The notes under the pieces: generated by a model
Databases searched by the model: none
What the model saw: the letters and a program-made list of their open reading frames with translations, nothing else
What the model was told of the DNA's origin: nothing
Part shown: positions 48,001-58,458 of the stretch, piece after piece
Layout of the letters: every line of letters begins with the position of its first letter
Position numbering within the stretch: the stretch's first letter is position 1
Assembly (NCBI GenBank): GCA_963711565.1
Contig: CAVQEQ010000004.1
Coordinates: 768,001 to 832,000, forward strand
Length of the DNA stretch: 64,000 nt
Source: an uncultured delta proteobacterium
GTDB taxonomy: Bacteria; Desulfobacterota; Binatia; Binatales; Binataceae
Reading direction: 5' to 3'
Made by a program: the position numbers and the translations under genes

Positions 48001-48450
48001 ATGGGGAACAAGATGCGTTCATCGAAAATTCTAACCTGGTTGGCGATTGGGCTGGCTCTCTGGATTTCCGGTTGTGCCGCCGCTCGCGAAGAGGAAGTGC
48101 AGAAGCAGCAGGTCTTCGAGCATCGCGTTGACATGGCGCACATCTGGGTAACCACGGAAGGGCCGCCCGCGGGCAAGCCGTACTCGGAGCTTGGTGACGT
48201 GACTTATACCGAGCCGTTTACGCCTGACGCGATCGACGAGGCGAAGATCAGCGACAAGCTGAAAGCCATGGCGTTTGCAAAATGGCCGGACACGATCGAC
48301 GCGATCGTCGACGAGAATCAGACCACTTCAGCTGACGGCTCGCAGATCACGGTCACGGGCAAGGCGATCAAATACGACTCGTCGGTTGATCGCGACGCGT
48401 TGCATCATATGAACGAGAACATGGTCGCGTCGCCGACGGAAAATCAGTAG
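48001..48450 (+). CDS. Putative lipoprotein
   Basis: Lipobox ISGC after a hydrophobic stretch. Confidence 0.7.
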   Translation: MGNKMRSSKILTWLAIGLALWISGCAAAREEEVQKQQVFEHRVDMAHIWVTTEGPPAGKPYSELGDVTYTEPFTPDAIDEAKISDKLKAMAFAKWPDTIDAIVDENQTTSADGSQITVTGKAIKYDSSVDRDALHHMNENMVASPTENQ

Positions 48451-48550
48451 CGGCTCGCGATATAGTGTGAGAAGGCGGGCGTGTTGCGGAAAATCTTCCG
48501 CGATGCGCCCGATTCTATTTTGACGGCCTGCGCATGAAGGAGAACCGCCG

Positions 48551-48901
48551 ATGATGACGCGGCTGATTCCGAACATCTTCTACAGCAGCCTGGGCGACGG
48601 ACTCGATCTCTTCGTGACCTGTCTCGGCTTCAAGGTGCTTCACCAGGACGACGCGCTGGCGATCGTCGAACGCGACGGCGCCAAGGCCTACATTGTCGAG
48701 AGTGCGGAATTTGCGGCGAAGGATCGCCCGCAAATCACGATCGAGACCGATACGATCGACGATCTGTATCGCGAGATCAGTTCAAAAGCGCCGGCGATGC
48801 TTCATCCCAACTCGAATCGTGTCGAGAAGAAGCCGTGGGGCGCGCGCGAGTTCGCGGTCCGCGACAAGACCGACGTTTGCGTGGTGTTTCGGCAGTTCTA
48901 G
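48551..48901 (+). CDS. VOC/glyoxalase-family protein
   Basis: LIPNIF..LGF...KKPWGAREFAVRD. Confidence 0.8.
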   Translation: MMTRLIPNIFYSSLGDGLDLFVTCLGFKVLHQDDALAIVERDGAKAYIVESAEFAAKDRPQITIETDTIDDLYREISSKAPAMLHPNSNRVEKKPWGAREFAVRDKTDVCVVFRQF

Positions 48902-48912
48902 CTTTGGAAGAT

Positions 48913-49203
48913 TCAGGCGGGCGCCGACTCGGCCAGTAGGCCGTCGAGCTTGCCGGAGTCGTTGAGCGCCTTCAATTCGTCGAAGCCGCCGACAATCTTG
49001 CCGTTGATGAAAATTTCGGGGACGGTGCGGCGTCCGCCGGACATCTCGATCATCTTCGCGCGCAACTCGTCGTCGTCGGTCACGTCGATTTCATCGAACG
49101 CGATGCCCTTGCTCTTGAGCAGGCTCTTGGCCCGCGTGCAGAAGGGGCAGTAGGTGGTGGTGTAGAGTTCGACTTTCGCCACGGCGTACCTCGCTGCAGC
49201 CAT
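48913..49203 (-). CDS. grxC: Glutaredoxin 3 (start may be the GTG at 49182)
   Basis: CPFC active site, TVPEIFI, GGFDEL. Confidence 0.9.
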   Translation of the reverse strand: MAAARYAVAKVELYTTTYCPFCTRAKSLLKSKGIAFDEIDVTDDDELRAKMIEMSGGRRTVPEIFINGKIVGGFDELKALNDSGKLDGLLAESAPA

Positions 49204-49242
49204 TGTTATCCGCGCGAGAACCTCTGTCCAGCGTTCAATCCG

Positions 49243-49926
49243 CTAGCGAGTGTCGGCGTACATCCGTTTGAGGCGAGCTGGCGGCACGCCCGCCAGGTAC
49301 ATCGCGCGAATCAGCCACATCCGGACGATGGTGCGCGCGACACCGTCGCGGCTCCATCGCCGCGCGGAGGTGGTCACGCGGGAGCGCAGGCACGCGACGC
49401 GGCCCGCGCGCTTAAGGCGTCGCGAGAACTCGAGGTCTTCGCATAGCTCGAGATCGGGAAAGCCGCCGAGGTTGTCGAAGACGTCGCGCCGTACGAAGAT
49501 CGCTTGGTCGCCGGTGCCGGTGCGGCTGATTCGCGAGCGGATGCTGATCATCGCGCCGATGACGCGATAGGGCAGCGCGCTCGCGTCGAGCTCAACGTCG
49601 AAGCGTCCGCCGACCACCGCGGGATCGGAGAGTGCAGACGCGATGTCCGCCGCAAACGTCGATGGCACGATCGTATCTGCGTGCACGAAAACCAGTGCGT
49701 CGCCGTGCGATGCGCGCGCGCCCGCATTCATCTGGCGCGCGCGGCCGCGCGATGCGCTGATCACCGCGTCGCACAACGGCCGCGCCGTCGCGACGCTCGC
49801 GTCGGTGCTGCCGCCGTCAACCACGACGATCTCGGCGTCGGGAGCGCCGCGGCGAATTGCGTTCAGCGTGCCCGCAATCGCGGCCGCTTCGTTGAGCATC
49901 GGCACGATTGCGGAAAGTTTGTTCAC
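49243..49926 (-). CDS. GT2 glycosyltransferase (TIGR04283-like)
   Basis: VVDGGSTD, GRARQMNAGA, FVHADT, GDQAIFV, TSARRW. Confidence 0.88.
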   Translation of the reverse strand: MNKLSAIVPMLNEAAAIAGTLNAIRRGAPDAEIVVVDGGSTDASVATARPLCDAVISASRGRARQMNAGARASHGDALVFVHADTIVPSTFAADIASALSDPAVVGGRFDVELDASALPYRVIGAMISIRSRISRTGTGDQAIFVRRDVFDNLGGFPDLELCEDLEFSRRLKRAGRVACLRSRVTTSARRWSRDGVARTIVRMWLIRAMYLAGVPPARLKRMYADTR

Positions 49927-49938
49927 CCTTTCAAAAAA

Positions 49939-50607
49939 TCAATCGACGGGAGGATTTACGAGTGGCGCGGAATTCGGCGTGGACGAATCGCCCTTGATGA
50001 TAACCTGGCGGCCCTGAATTTCGAGACGGCCCTGCTGGAAGAGCGCGATCGCGTGCGGGAAGATGCGATGCTCCTGCTGGAGGATCCGCGCCGCGAGGCG
50101 TTGTTCGTCGTCGCCGGACAGCACGGGCACAGCGGCTTGCACGATCACCGGGCCGGCATCGACGCCGGGCGTGACGAAGAAAACAGTGCATCCCGCTATT
50201 TTGACGCCGTATTCGATCGCGTCCTTCGGCCCGTGAATGCCGGGGAATGACGGCAGCAGGCTGTTGTGAATATTCATGATGCGGCCGGGAAACGCGTCGA
50301 TCATCACGGGGGAAAGCAGGCGCATGAAGCCCGCCAGCGCGACCAGCTCGACTGAGCGGTCGCGCAGCGCGGCAAGGACGGCGCGGTCGAAGTCCTCGCG
50401 TGACGGAAATTTGCGATGGTCGATGACGGCCGTCTCGATTCCGTGGCGGCGCGCGCGCTCGAGTCCCTGCGCGTCGGCGCGATTGGAGATGACGAGACGA
50501 ATTTCCGCCTTGAGATCGCCGCGCAGAATCGCGTCGATGATAGCCTGCAGGTTGGTGCCGGAGCCGGAAATCAGGACGCCGAGTTTGACCGTCGGATTTT
50601 CCGCCAT
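49939..50607 (-). CDS. purN: Phosphoribosylglycinamide formyltransferase
   Basis: SGSGTNLQA, LAGFMRLL, NIHNSLLPSFPG, DAGPVI, EH. Confidence 0.95.
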   Translation of the reverse strand: MAENPTVKLGVLISGSGTNLQAIIDAILRGDLKAEIRLVISNRADAQGLERARRHGIETAVIDHRKFPSREDFDRAVLAALRDRSVELVALAGFMRLLSPVMIDAFPGRIMNIHNSLLPSFPGIHGPKDAIEYGVKIAGCTVFFVTPGVDAGPVIVQAAVPVLSGDDEQRLAARILQQEHRIFPHAIALFQQGRLEIQGRQVIIKGDSSTPNSAPLVNPPVD

Positions 50608-50630
50608 CGAATTAGCCGTTGCTCAATCGC

Positions 50631-51665
50631 TCAGCGAATCGACACTCCGCGCTTGCCGCGCGTGACTTCGCCGACAACATAGGCCGCAAATTCGCGGCGG
50701 CGCAAATGAGCTACGACGCGGTCGGCCTCGCGCGCGGGCGCAATCGCGACCATCCCGAGGCCATTGTTGAAGGCGCGATCCATCTCGGCGCGATCGATTT
50801 TGCCGAGACGCTGGAGCAGGTCGAAGATCGGCGGCGTCGGCCAACTTCCGCGTTCGACGATTGCGCGGGTGTTGTTAGGCATTACGCGCGGGAGGTTTTC
50901 GAGCACGCCGCCGCCGGTGATGTTCGCGAGGCCGTTTATCTTGAAGCGCTCGAATAATTCGACGACGACCTTCGCGTAGATGAGCGTGGGACGCAGAAGT
51001 TCTTCGCCGAGCGTACATCCGAGGTCGTCTATATGCGCGCCCAGCTTGAGTTTCGCGCGTTGAACGACGCGGCGCACCAGTGAAAAACCGTTGGAATGAA
51101 GTCCGCTCGATGCAAGTCCGATCAGCACGTCGCCGGCGCGCACGTTCGACGGCTCGGGAATTCGTGCGCGCTCGACGATGCCGACGGCGAAGCCGGCGAG
51201 GTCGTACTCGCCGGGCTTGTACAAGCCGCTGAGCTGCGCGGTCTCGCCGCCGACCAGGCTCATGCCCGCTTGATCGCATCCGCGGGCGACGCCCTTGACG
51301 AGAGCGAGAGCGATTTTCTTTTCCAATTTGCCCGAGCCGATGTAATCGAGAAAGAACATTGGGCGCGCCGCATGGCAGATGATGTCGTTCACGCACATCG
51401 CGACGCAGTCGATGCCGACGGTGTCGTGACGCCCGGTCTGAAAGGCGATCATCAGCTTGGTGCCGACGCTGTCGGTGCCGGCGACCAGCACCGGCGCGCG
51501 CATCTTGCGGGCGCCGTTGAGTCCAACCAGCGCGCCGAAGCCACCGACGCCGCCGATCACGTGCGCGCCGGAGGTGGTCTTTGCAATTGAGCCGAAGAGC
51601 GGAATCAGACTCTGCTTCAGCGCGATATCGACACCGGCGTCTTTGTATGTCATCCCGGACGCCAT
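50631..51665 (-). CDS. purM: Phosphoribosylformylglycinamidine cyclo-ligase
   Basis: TYKDAGVDI, TDSVGTK, GGETA, SSGLHSNGFSL, ITGGG. Confidence 0.96.
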   Translation of the reverse strand: MASGMTYKDAGVDIALKQSLIPLFGSIAKTTSGAHVIGGVGGFGALVGLNGARKMRAPVLVAGTDSVGTKLMIAFQTGRHDTVGIDCVAMCVNDIICHAARPMFFLDYIGSGKLEKKIALALVKGVARGCDQAGMSLVGGETAQLSGLYKPGEYDLAGFAVGIVERARIPEPSNVRAGDVLIGLASSGLHSNGFSLVRRVVQRAKLKLGAHIDDLGCTLGEELLRPTLIYAKVVVELFERFKINGLANITGGGVLENLPRVMPNNTRAIVERGSWPTPPIFDLLQRLGKIDRAEMDRAFNNGLGMVAIAPAREADRVVAHLRRREFAAYVVGEVTRGKRGVSIR

Positions 51666-52240
51666 CAGTTTGATTTCCTCCGCCGCGCCAGCATCGACGC
51701 GCGGAAGGCGCGCTCGCCGTTTGGAAAACTGACGGGGCCCTCCCCATATTCTTCGATCTCTAAGCCGCCGGCGAGCGCGCGAAGCTCACCATGACCGAGG
51801 AGAAAGCGCGGGTCGCGCGGATGGCCGAGCGCGGCCTGGTCAATCAGGAAGGTGTCGGCGAGCAGAACGCCGCCGGGCCGGAGAGCGCGCTCGAATTTCG
51901 GGAAGAGCGCGCGGTCGAGGAAATTGATATTCACGATAGCGTCGAACGATTCGTCCTTGAGATGAAAGCTATCCAAGTTTGCGACCACGGGCCAGATGGC
52001 CAGTGTCGCGGTTTGCGCGGTCGCGGCGAGAAAGCGCATCGCCTCGGCGGAGTAATCGACCGCGATGACCCGCCCGCCCGCTCGCGCGAGCGCGAGTGCG
52101 TGGCGTCCGCGACCGGCGGCGAGGTCGAGGACGACGCCGCGTGGAATTCGCTCGAGCATCGCAGTAAGGAACGGCTCGGCATCACCTGCATGTTTGCCGC
52201 GATGGCGCTCGTCCCATTCTGCGCGTTGCGGTTCGCTCAT
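51665..52240 (-). CDS. Class I SAM-dependent methyltransferase (TehB-like)
   Basis: MSE..WDERH, VLDLAAGRGRHA, LRPGG; start overlaps the comF stop. Confidence 0.85.
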   Translation of the reverse strand: MSEPQRAEWDERHRGKHAGDAEPFLTAMLERIPRGVVLDLAAGRGRHALALARAGGRVIAVDYSAEAMRFLAATAQTATLAIWPVVANLDSFHLKDESFDAIVNINFLDRALFPKFERALRPGGVLLADTFLIDQAALGHPRDPRFLLGHGELRALAGGLEIEEYGEGPVSFPNGERAFRASMLARRRKSN

Positions 52241-52983
52241 AGGACGCGGGCTAGGGTGAAGACGTTGACGCTGGTCGCGCCGGCGGCGAGGAGGACGCGG
52301 GCGCATTCGTTGACGGTGGCGCCTGTGGTCATTACGTCGTCGATGAGGAGGATGCGGCGGTTCTTCACGCGGTTGGGGTTTGGGACGGAGAAGGCGCGGC
52401 GGACGTTTTTGATGCGCTCGTCGTGATGTTGCGCGGTTTGCGGCGGGGTGAAGCGGCGGCGGGACATCGCGGTGGTGTCGAGCGGGAGATTGAGGCGGCG
52501 CGCGACTTCCTCGGCCAGCAGGGCGGCCTGGTTGAATCCGCGCCACCACAAGCGGCGCCAATGCAGGGGGACGGGTATTACAATGTCGTAATCGTTTGCC
52601 GACAGTGGAAGGTTGTCGCCCAGGTATTCGATCAGCGCGCGGCCGACTGATTGATCGAGGCCGTATTTGTGGCGGCGAATCAGCGCGGGGAGGCTGCCGG
52701 GTTCGTCTTCAGCCGTGGTTCGATAGCGTGCGATCGTCCGCGCGATTCGGTAACGCGGCGGATGCGCGAGGCATCGCGCACATTGCCTCGCGTCACTGGT
52801 GGCCGACTCGAGCGGGCCGCCGCAGACTTCGCAGCGCGGATTCGGTACCAGCTCGACGCGCGCGACGCATCGCGCACAAACGCGCCGCCCGGGTTCAGAG
52901 GCGAGCGGCGTTCCGCACGCGGCGCATCGCGGGGGATACAGGAAGTCGAAGACGGTCGAGAACCTTTGGGCGAGCGCGGGCAT
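52237..52983 (-). CDS. comF: ComF family amidophosphoribosyltransferase-like protein
   Basis: PPRCAAC zinc ribbons, PVPLH..R...RGFNQA, LIDDVMTTGAT. Confidence 0.92.
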   Translation of the reverse strand: MPALAQRFSTVFDFLYPPRCAACGTPLASEPGRRVCARCVARVELVPNPRCEVCGGPLESATSDARQCARCLAHPPRYRIARTIARYRTTAEDEPGSLPALIRRHKYGLDQSVGRALIEYLGDNLPLSANDYDIVIPVPLHWRRLWWRGFNQAALLAEEVARRLNLPLDTTAMSRRRFTPPQTAQHHDERIKNVRRAFSVPNPNRVKNRRILLIDDVMTTGATVNECARVLLAAGATSVNVFTLARVL

Positions 52984-53042
52984 ATATGATTGATGCGTCC
53001 GACAGCGCCCAAACTCAAGGGGGTTGTGGTATAGAGAAGAGC

Positions 53043-54257
53043 ATGAGCGGGCCGCTTGACGGGATCAGAATTATGGACTGGACGATCTGGCAGCAGGGGC
53101 CGGTCGCGACGCAGATGCTCGCCGACCTGGGTGCCGAGGTGATCAAGATCGAGGAGCGCGAGCGGGGCGACCCTGGGCGCGGAATCACGGCGGTCGCGGG
53201 TAGCGGGACGGTCAAGAGCGGACGCAACTATTATTTCGAAGCGAACAACAAGCACAAGAAAAGTATCGCGCTGAATTTGAAGCAGCCGGCGGCGCGCGAG
53301 ATCGTGCATCGACTGACCGCGCGCAGCAACGTCTTCGTGCAGAATTTTCGCAAGGGCGTCGCGAAGCGGCTGGGGCTCGGCTACGCGGACCTCGCCGTGC
53401 ACAACCCGCGGCTAATCTACGCGAGCGCGTCCGGCTACGGTCCCGAAGGCCCGGACAGCGGTGAGCCGTCGTTCGATTATCTCGGGCAGGCGCGATCCGG
53501 AATCATGAACGCGATTGGCAGCGGCACGACGACGCCGACGTATGTTTACGGCGGGATTGCCGATCAGATGGGCGCGGTCATGCTGGCCTACGGAGTGCTG
53601 GCGGCGTTGTTCGCGCGCGAGCGGACGGGGATCGGGCAGGAAGTGGACGCGTCGCATCTGGGATCGATGATGGCGCTACAGGGGCTTAACGTCGTCGCGC
53701 GAACGATCATGGGCAAGGAGTTTCCGCGCAACACGCGCGCCAACGCTTACAATCCGCTGTGGAACCATTATCGGTGCGCCGACGACAAATGGATTTCGCT
53801 GGCGATGCTGCAGCCCGATCGCTACTGGAGAGATTTCTGCGAAGTTCTCGGCAAGCCGGAACTAATCGCCGATCCGCGCTTTGCCGAGGTCAAAATCCGC
53901 GGCAAGAACTCGGCCGCGCTGATTGCGATATTCGACGATGTTTTCGCGACGCGTCCGCGCGACGAGTGGATGCGAGTGCTCAAGGGCCGCGGCGATTTCA
54001 TCTACACGATCGTGAATTCGGTGTCCGACCTGCCCGATGATCCGCAGGTCCGGGCCAACGATTACGTCGTCGATTACAATCATCCCGCGCTCGGCAACCT
54101 GACGCTGCTGGGGATGCCGGTGAAGTTGAGCGCGACGCCGGGCGAGCCGCGCGGCCATGCGCCGGAACTCGGCGAGCATACCGAGCTGCTGCTGACCGAG
54201 ATGCTCGGCTACTCGTGGGACGATGTCGCGCGGCTGCGCGAGGCCAATGTGATTTGA
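53043..54257 (+). CDS. CaiB/BaiF class III CoA transferase
   Basis: GPLDGIRIMD, LADLGAEVIKIE, NKHKKSI, SGYGPEGP, APELGEHT. Confidence 0.92.
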   Translation: MSGPLDGIRIMDWTIWQQGPVATQMLADLGAEVIKIEERERGDPGRGITAVAGSGTVKSGRNYYFEANNKHKKSIALNLKQPAAREIVHRLTARSNVFVQNFRKGVAKRLGLGYADLAVHNPRLIYASASGYGPEGPDSGEPSFDYLGQARSGIMNAIGSGTTTPTYVYGGIADQMGAVMLAYGVLAALFARERTGIGQEVDASHLGSMMALQGLNVVARTIMGKEFPRNTRANAYNPLWNHYRCADDKWISLAMLQPDRYWRDFCEVLGKPELIADPRFAEVKIRGKNSAALIAIFDDVFATRPRDEWMRVLKGRGDFIYTIVNSVSDLPDDPQVRANDYVVDYNHPALGNLTLLGMPVKLSATPGEPRGHAPELGEHTELLLTEMLGYSWDDVARLREANVI

Positions 54258-54276
54258 ATCATGGGGAGATGATGCG

Positions 54277-54687
54277 ATGGCGATAACAGGGACACTCGAG
54301 GATCGCGAAGAAGTACGCGTGCTGCACGCGCGCTACTGCCTGACGATCGACAGCGGCCGCTACGACGAATGGATCGATTGCTTCACCGAGGACGGCGTCT
54401 TCGAGAGTCCGCGCTTCGGCAAATGCGGTGGGCGCGACGGGCTCAAGCGATTTACGGCGCAATACAAGGAGTCGCTCGGCGGCGCCCAGGTGCTGCACGT
54501 AGTCGCCAATCCGGCGTTCGATCTCGACGGCGACAGCGGCAGCGGCACCTCCTACTTCCTCTATTATCACTGCAAGGAAGGCAGGGTGCAGCAATCGACG
54601 GTGGGCTACTACACCGACAAGCTGCGCAAAACGTCAGCCGGGTGGCGCTTTGCGAGCCGCCAGGTGACGATCCTGGGGCATCACTGA
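54277..54687 (+). CDS. SnoaL/NTF2-like protein
   Basis: LEDREEV..L.ARYC..ID...FTEDG...GWRFASR. Confidence 0.85.
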   Translation: MAITGTLEDREEVRVLHARYCLTIDSGRYDEWIDCFTEDGVFESPRFGKCGGRDGLKRFTAQYKESLGGAQVLHVVANPAFDLDGDSGSGTSYFLYYHCKEGRVQQSTVGYYTDKLRKTSAGWRFASRQVTILGHH

Positions 54688-54733
54688 GAGTCGCGCACTG
54701 GACCGGGGCTACCACTCTGTTAGGCTTTTACTC

Positions 54734-55261
54734 ATGACAGGCCGAGGACAAATTATGGATCAATCGACAGGTGAGCTGATCGAGCGGCTATCGCGGCTGG
54801 AAATGCAGCAGGCCAAACTCCAGCGCAGCAACAAGCATCTGCGGATGATGACCGGCGCGATAGTGCTGGTGTGCGGCGCGCTGATCACGATGGCACAGAC
54901 GAGTTCCGTCGTGCCCGATACCGTGGAAGCGCAGCAATTCCTGCTGCGCGATAGCAGCGGCAAGTTGCGTGGCGCGATGGGCGTGTTGTCCGACGGCGCG
55001 GTTGGGCTGAATTTTTCCGACACCAACGGCCGTACCCGGCTGACCGTCGATCTTGCTGCGAACGGCACGCCCGGCGTGGACCTCTACGATCAGGACGGCA
55101 AGGTACGCGCGACGATGGCGCTCGGGGATGCGGGCGAACCCGGACTCGGTCTGTTCGGTCCCAACGGCAATCTGCGAACCAGCCTTGATGTTCCGGCGGC
55201 CAAGACACCCGGCCTGGCGTTCTACAAGGACGACGGCAAGCCGGGGTGGGGAGTTCCCTGA
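54734..55261 (+). CDS. Hypothetical membrane-anchored protein with repeated beta-hairpin units
   Basis: Coiled coil and TM helix, then repeated L-x-D-x-x-G-K/R-x-R units. Confidence 0.7.
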   Translation: MTGRGQIMDQSTGELIERLSRLEMQQAKLQRSNKHLRMMTGAIVLVCGALITMAQTSSVVPDTVEAQQFLLRDSSGKLRGAMGVLSDGAVGLNFSDTNGRTRLTVDLAANGTPGVDLYDQDGKVRATMALGDAGEPGLGLFGPNGNLRTSLDVPAAKTPGLAFYKDDGKPGWGVP

Positions 55262-55262
55262 C

Positions 55263-55646
55263 ATGCGCTCCAAGGGAAGATTATTCAGTCCGGGTCGTAC
55301 GATAGGAGCAGCCTTGATACTGGGAGTGATCGCATTCGGCGCCAGCGGCTGCTATGACTCCGGCGGCTACTATGGCGGCGGCTACCCTTCGTATGGCTAT
55401 GCACCGTACTCATATGGCTGGGGTGGGGGCTGGGGAAATGGCTGGGGCTATAATCCCGGCTTCGACGTTCACCATTCGTGGGAAGGACATTACGGCGACG
55501 CCGGGCATCATACTGCCTTCTACCATAGTGGCGGCGGCGTTGCGGTTGGGCATGAGGGCGGTGGCGGCGGTTATCACGCTGCTGGTGGAGGCGGCGGTGG
55601 GCACGCCGGCGGCGGTGGCGGAGGCCACGGCGGCGGCCACAAGTGA
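55263..55646 (+). CDS. Gly/His/Tyr-rich putative lipoprotein
   Basis: Signal peptide with ASGC lipobox; low-complexity GGY/GGH tail. Confidence 0.65.
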   Translation: MRSKGRLFSPGRTIGAALILGVIAFGASGCYDSGGYYGGGYPSYGYAPYSYGWGGGWGNGWGYNPGFDVHHSWEGHYGDAGHHTAFYHSGGGVAVGHEGGGGGYHAAGGGGGGHAGGGGGGHGGGHK

Positions 55647-55673
55647 TGTTCTCTTAATCGCCCGCAAAGACAA

Positions 55674-55711
55674 GCGGCGCCGGATCGCGATACGATCCGG
55701 CGCCGCATTTT
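55674..55711 (+). terminator. Intrinsic terminator between convergent genes
   Basis: Perfect 14-bp stem gcggcgccggatcg/cgatccggcgccgc followed by attttt-like tract. Confidence 0.75.
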
Positions 55712-55730
55712 CGTCTAGCTGATTACTGCG

Positions 55731-57665
55731 TCAGAAGGCCGCGTACCATGGCACTTCGTGCGGATTCTGCACTTCCCAATTGATATTGAATTCCTGCAGC
55801 AACGTGCCATCTGAGTGAGACAGCGCGAGCTTGGCGTTCTCGAGGTCAACCTCCGCCTGCACCTGGTTGCCTTCGGCGCTCACTTCCTCTTCCTGGAATT
55901 GCAGCAGGTCGTGCGTCGTCGCCAGGCCGACGCGGAACCTGATTTGCTCGTCATGCAGCGACTGGCGAGCGTAGTAAGTCGCCGACGCGGTCGCGTATGC
56001 GCGCTTGTAGTCGGCGTACAGATTGGCGATGGAGCTCTCGACGTTGACGACGGCCTGCGACAGCGCGGCTCGATACAGCACGCGCTGCTGTTCGTATTGC
56101 ACGCGCGCCTGCGCCAGAGCCGAGCGCGCCACGGCGTTGTCCAGCGGCATCTGGAACGTCAGCACAGCGGCGTAGTTGTAGTAACTGAACCCCCACAGGC
56201 GATCGAGTGCGTCGCCGTAGATTCCGCCGAACGGGAGTTTGTTGCCGGTCAGCGGCGTTGTTGCCGTCGAAGGCGTACAGTTTCCGGTCGGCAACCCGCT
56301 CAAGGTTGGCAGGCAAGGCGCGGTTCCAGAAGTGGAAGTGAGGCCGAATTGCGCGCCGAGGTTGAGCTGCGGCAGAACCTGGTTCTCCGAATACTTCACC
56401 TGCAGTAACGCGTTGCGAATCGCCTCGCGCATACTGCCCAGCGACGGCACATACTGCACCGCGAGTTCGAGCGCGCGTTCTTCATCGACGGTGACTTGCT
56501 CCTGGGGATTGGGGCGAGTGAGCGGCTGGATTTCCTCGGGGATGAACGTGCCGTAGGGATTGAGCATCACGTCCTGACGGAGCTGGCTGCGGGAATTTTT
56601 CAGATTGGCCTCGGCGGTGTACACGTTGGCTTCAGAAGTGGCGGCGGCCGATTGCGCTTCCTGCAAATCGATGGGCGCGAGAGTGCCGACCTTGACGCTG
56701 ATCGCGTTCTGGCGCACCAGGTCGAGATTGAAGCGCAGGGCCGCGCGCGCGACTTCGAGATTTTCTTCGGACAGCACGACGTTCCAGTAATCGCCGCCAA
56801 TTTTCTGCACGAAGTCCTGCAGCGCCTGGCCGTAGGTCCATTGCGCCTGCTTCTGACCCGACTCCGCGATCCTGACGTTGATAGTCGCGAATTGCCACCC
56901 GAAGTTCTGCAGCAACGGCTGTGAGAGCGAGAGCGCGAGGGTAGGCGCGTAGGACGGATTGACGCCGGCGAAGAGAGAATTCGACAGCGAGCGATCGTTG
57001 TTGAAAGTCACGCCCCAGGTTCCGTTGGTGATCGCGGAAACTTTGTTGATACCGAAATTCCAATCGTAAAATTTCTGCACGTACGCGGTGCCGCCGCCGG
57101 TCTCGAGCGAGGAGGTGACGGGCACCACAGTCTTCTCGATATCACCCTGCGCGGTAAGATTCGGATCGAAGGTGCCGTTGGCCTGCCTGACAGTCTCCAT
57201 CGAGGCTACCGGGTCGAGTTGCGAGGCCTTCAGCGACGGGTTGTTCTGGATCGCGATATAGATGGCCTCCTTGAGGGTGAGGCCGCGCGCGGTGGAATCT
57301 TCGGAGCGCAGGTAGCGCTCGCTGATCACGTTGTCGGGCGCGACCTGGGTGCTCGGCGACCATTGATGCGCGAAGATGCGCGGCAGGTTCAAGAAGTCAT
57401 CGTGATGCTCGAACTGGTTCGAGTCGCTCGGCGGCACGCTGGCGTGCGGCGGCGTCTGCGGCCCCACCGGCGTGGATTGCATCTGGATCGGTCCGGTCAG
57501 ATCGGGCGGCGGCAGCGGCGTGGTCGGCAGCGTGCCGGTGACCTTCAACGGATTCGACGGATTCGGACTCGTAGTAGTCAAATCCTGGGCTAATCCGGAA
57601 CGAGTTCCGATCAGCAGCATGGAGACGGTCAGTATTGCTAACAAAACGGATTTACTTCTCGACAT
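55731..57665 (-). CDS. TolC-family outer membrane efflux protein
   Basis: Signal peptide, LTLKEAI..AIQNN, LSQPLL..FG, two OEP-like halves, RFRVGLATTHDLL. Confidence 0.88.
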   Translation of the reverse strand: MSRSKSVLLAILTVSMLLIGTRSGLAQDLTTTSPNPSNPLKVTGTLPTTPLPPPDLTGPIQMQSTPVGPQTPPHASVPPSDSNQFEHHDDFLNLPRIFAHQWSPSTQVAPDNVISERYLRSEDSTARGLTLKEAIYIAIQNNPSLKASQLDPVASMETVRQANGTFDPNLTAQGDIEKTVVPVTSSLETGGGTAYVQKFYDWNFGINKVSAITNGTWGVTFNNDRSLSNSLFAGVNPSYAPTLALSLSQPLLQNFGWQFATINVRIAESGQKQAQWTYGQALQDFVQKIGGDYWNVVLSEENLEVARAALRFNLDLVRQNAISVKVGTLAPIDLQEAQSAAATSEANVYTAEANLKNSRSQLRQDVMLNPYGTFIPEEIQPLTRPNPQEQVTVDEERALELAVQYVPSLGSMREAIRNALLQVKYSENQVLPQLNLGAQFGLTSTSGTAPCLPTLSGLPTGNCTPSTATTPLTGNKLPFGGIYGDALDRLWGFSYYNYAAVLTFQMPLDNAVARSALAQARVQYEQQRVLYRAALSQAVVNVESSIANLYADYKRAYATASATYYARQSLHDEQIRFRVGLATTHDLLQFQEEEVSAEGNQVQAEVDLENAKLALSHSDGTLLQEFNINWEVQNPHEVPWYAAF

Positions 57666-57891
57666 TCGAACGAACCTCCTTGGTACCTGTCGCCATCACA
57701 CGCGATGGCCCGCCACTTCAGCACGCCGATAATCCGATTCGACTGAGCGGTTGGGATCGATTTGCCGCGTCGAATCAAGGCGAAGAGCTTGCGCGGCGCC
57801 AATCCGGTCGCGATTATAGCCAAGGCGGCCGGGCTTGTCTTGCAAAATCGAAAGCGGCCGGAGTTCTTCGCGAGTTACAGTTGGAGATGCC

Positions 57892-58452
57892 ATGCGCGCT
57901 GTCAGACGGATAATCGCAGTACTCATCGTGTCCCCGATCCTTATGCTTGCGCTAAGTGAGTCAAGACTCTCGCGCCAACCGTTCGCCCAAGTTACCGCAG
58001 CGCCGGGTCCGGTGACACTGACTGCACCGGTCGCTCCCGGTCAGCCGCAGGCCTTCTCGACGATCGGGGCGCTGCCTTCACTCGCGCCGGCGCCGGGGAC
58101 AGTGCCGCTCGGGGTTGCGTCCGCCGCGCCGTCGCCGCGCGCATTTCGATGCAGCTGTGCGACGCCGGGAACCTGGACCGAGTGGGTGGGCATCGTCTCG
58201 TCATCGAGCTATTTTCTCGCCAGCCAGGCCGCGAAGACTCAGTGCGCCGACTACATCATCAACGCGAACGCGCCGTCGCCGTACATACCGCCTGAGGGAT
58301 CCACGGCGAACCAGCAAAGGCCGACGATTTATGATGGCGAGGCGTTTACGCAGCGCTCGCAGGTGGCGACCTCGGTGGGGCAGTCGTTCCTCGAGCAACG
58401 TTCGACCGAGGCGTTGCTGCAGACTCAATGCACCCAATGCGCGTGTAACTGA
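57892..58452 (+). CDS. Hypothetical secreted Cys-containing protein
   Basis: Signal-like N-terminus, Pro/Ala linker, CSC and CTQCAC. Confidence 0.6.
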   Translation: MRAVRRIIAVLIVSPILMLALSESRLSRQPFAQVTAAPGPVTLTAPVAPGQPQAFSTIGALPSLAPAPGTVPLGVASAAPSPRAFRCSCATPGTWTEWVGIVSSSSYFLASQAAKTQCADYIINANAPSPYIPPEGSTANQQRPTIYDGEAFTQRSQVATSVGQSFLEQRSTEALLQTQCTQCACN

Positions 58453-58458
58453 CGCGGG

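Noticed and set aside
52241-53042. Long N-terminal extensions of the methyltransferase (to 52561) and CoA transferase (from 52596) ORFs
   Set aside because: They overlap comF and are Arg/Pro-rich junk; family motifs begin at 52240 and 53043
55560-55640. GGC-rich repeats as a DNA repeat element
   Set aside because: Explained by poly-Gly codons of the Gly-rich lipoprotein
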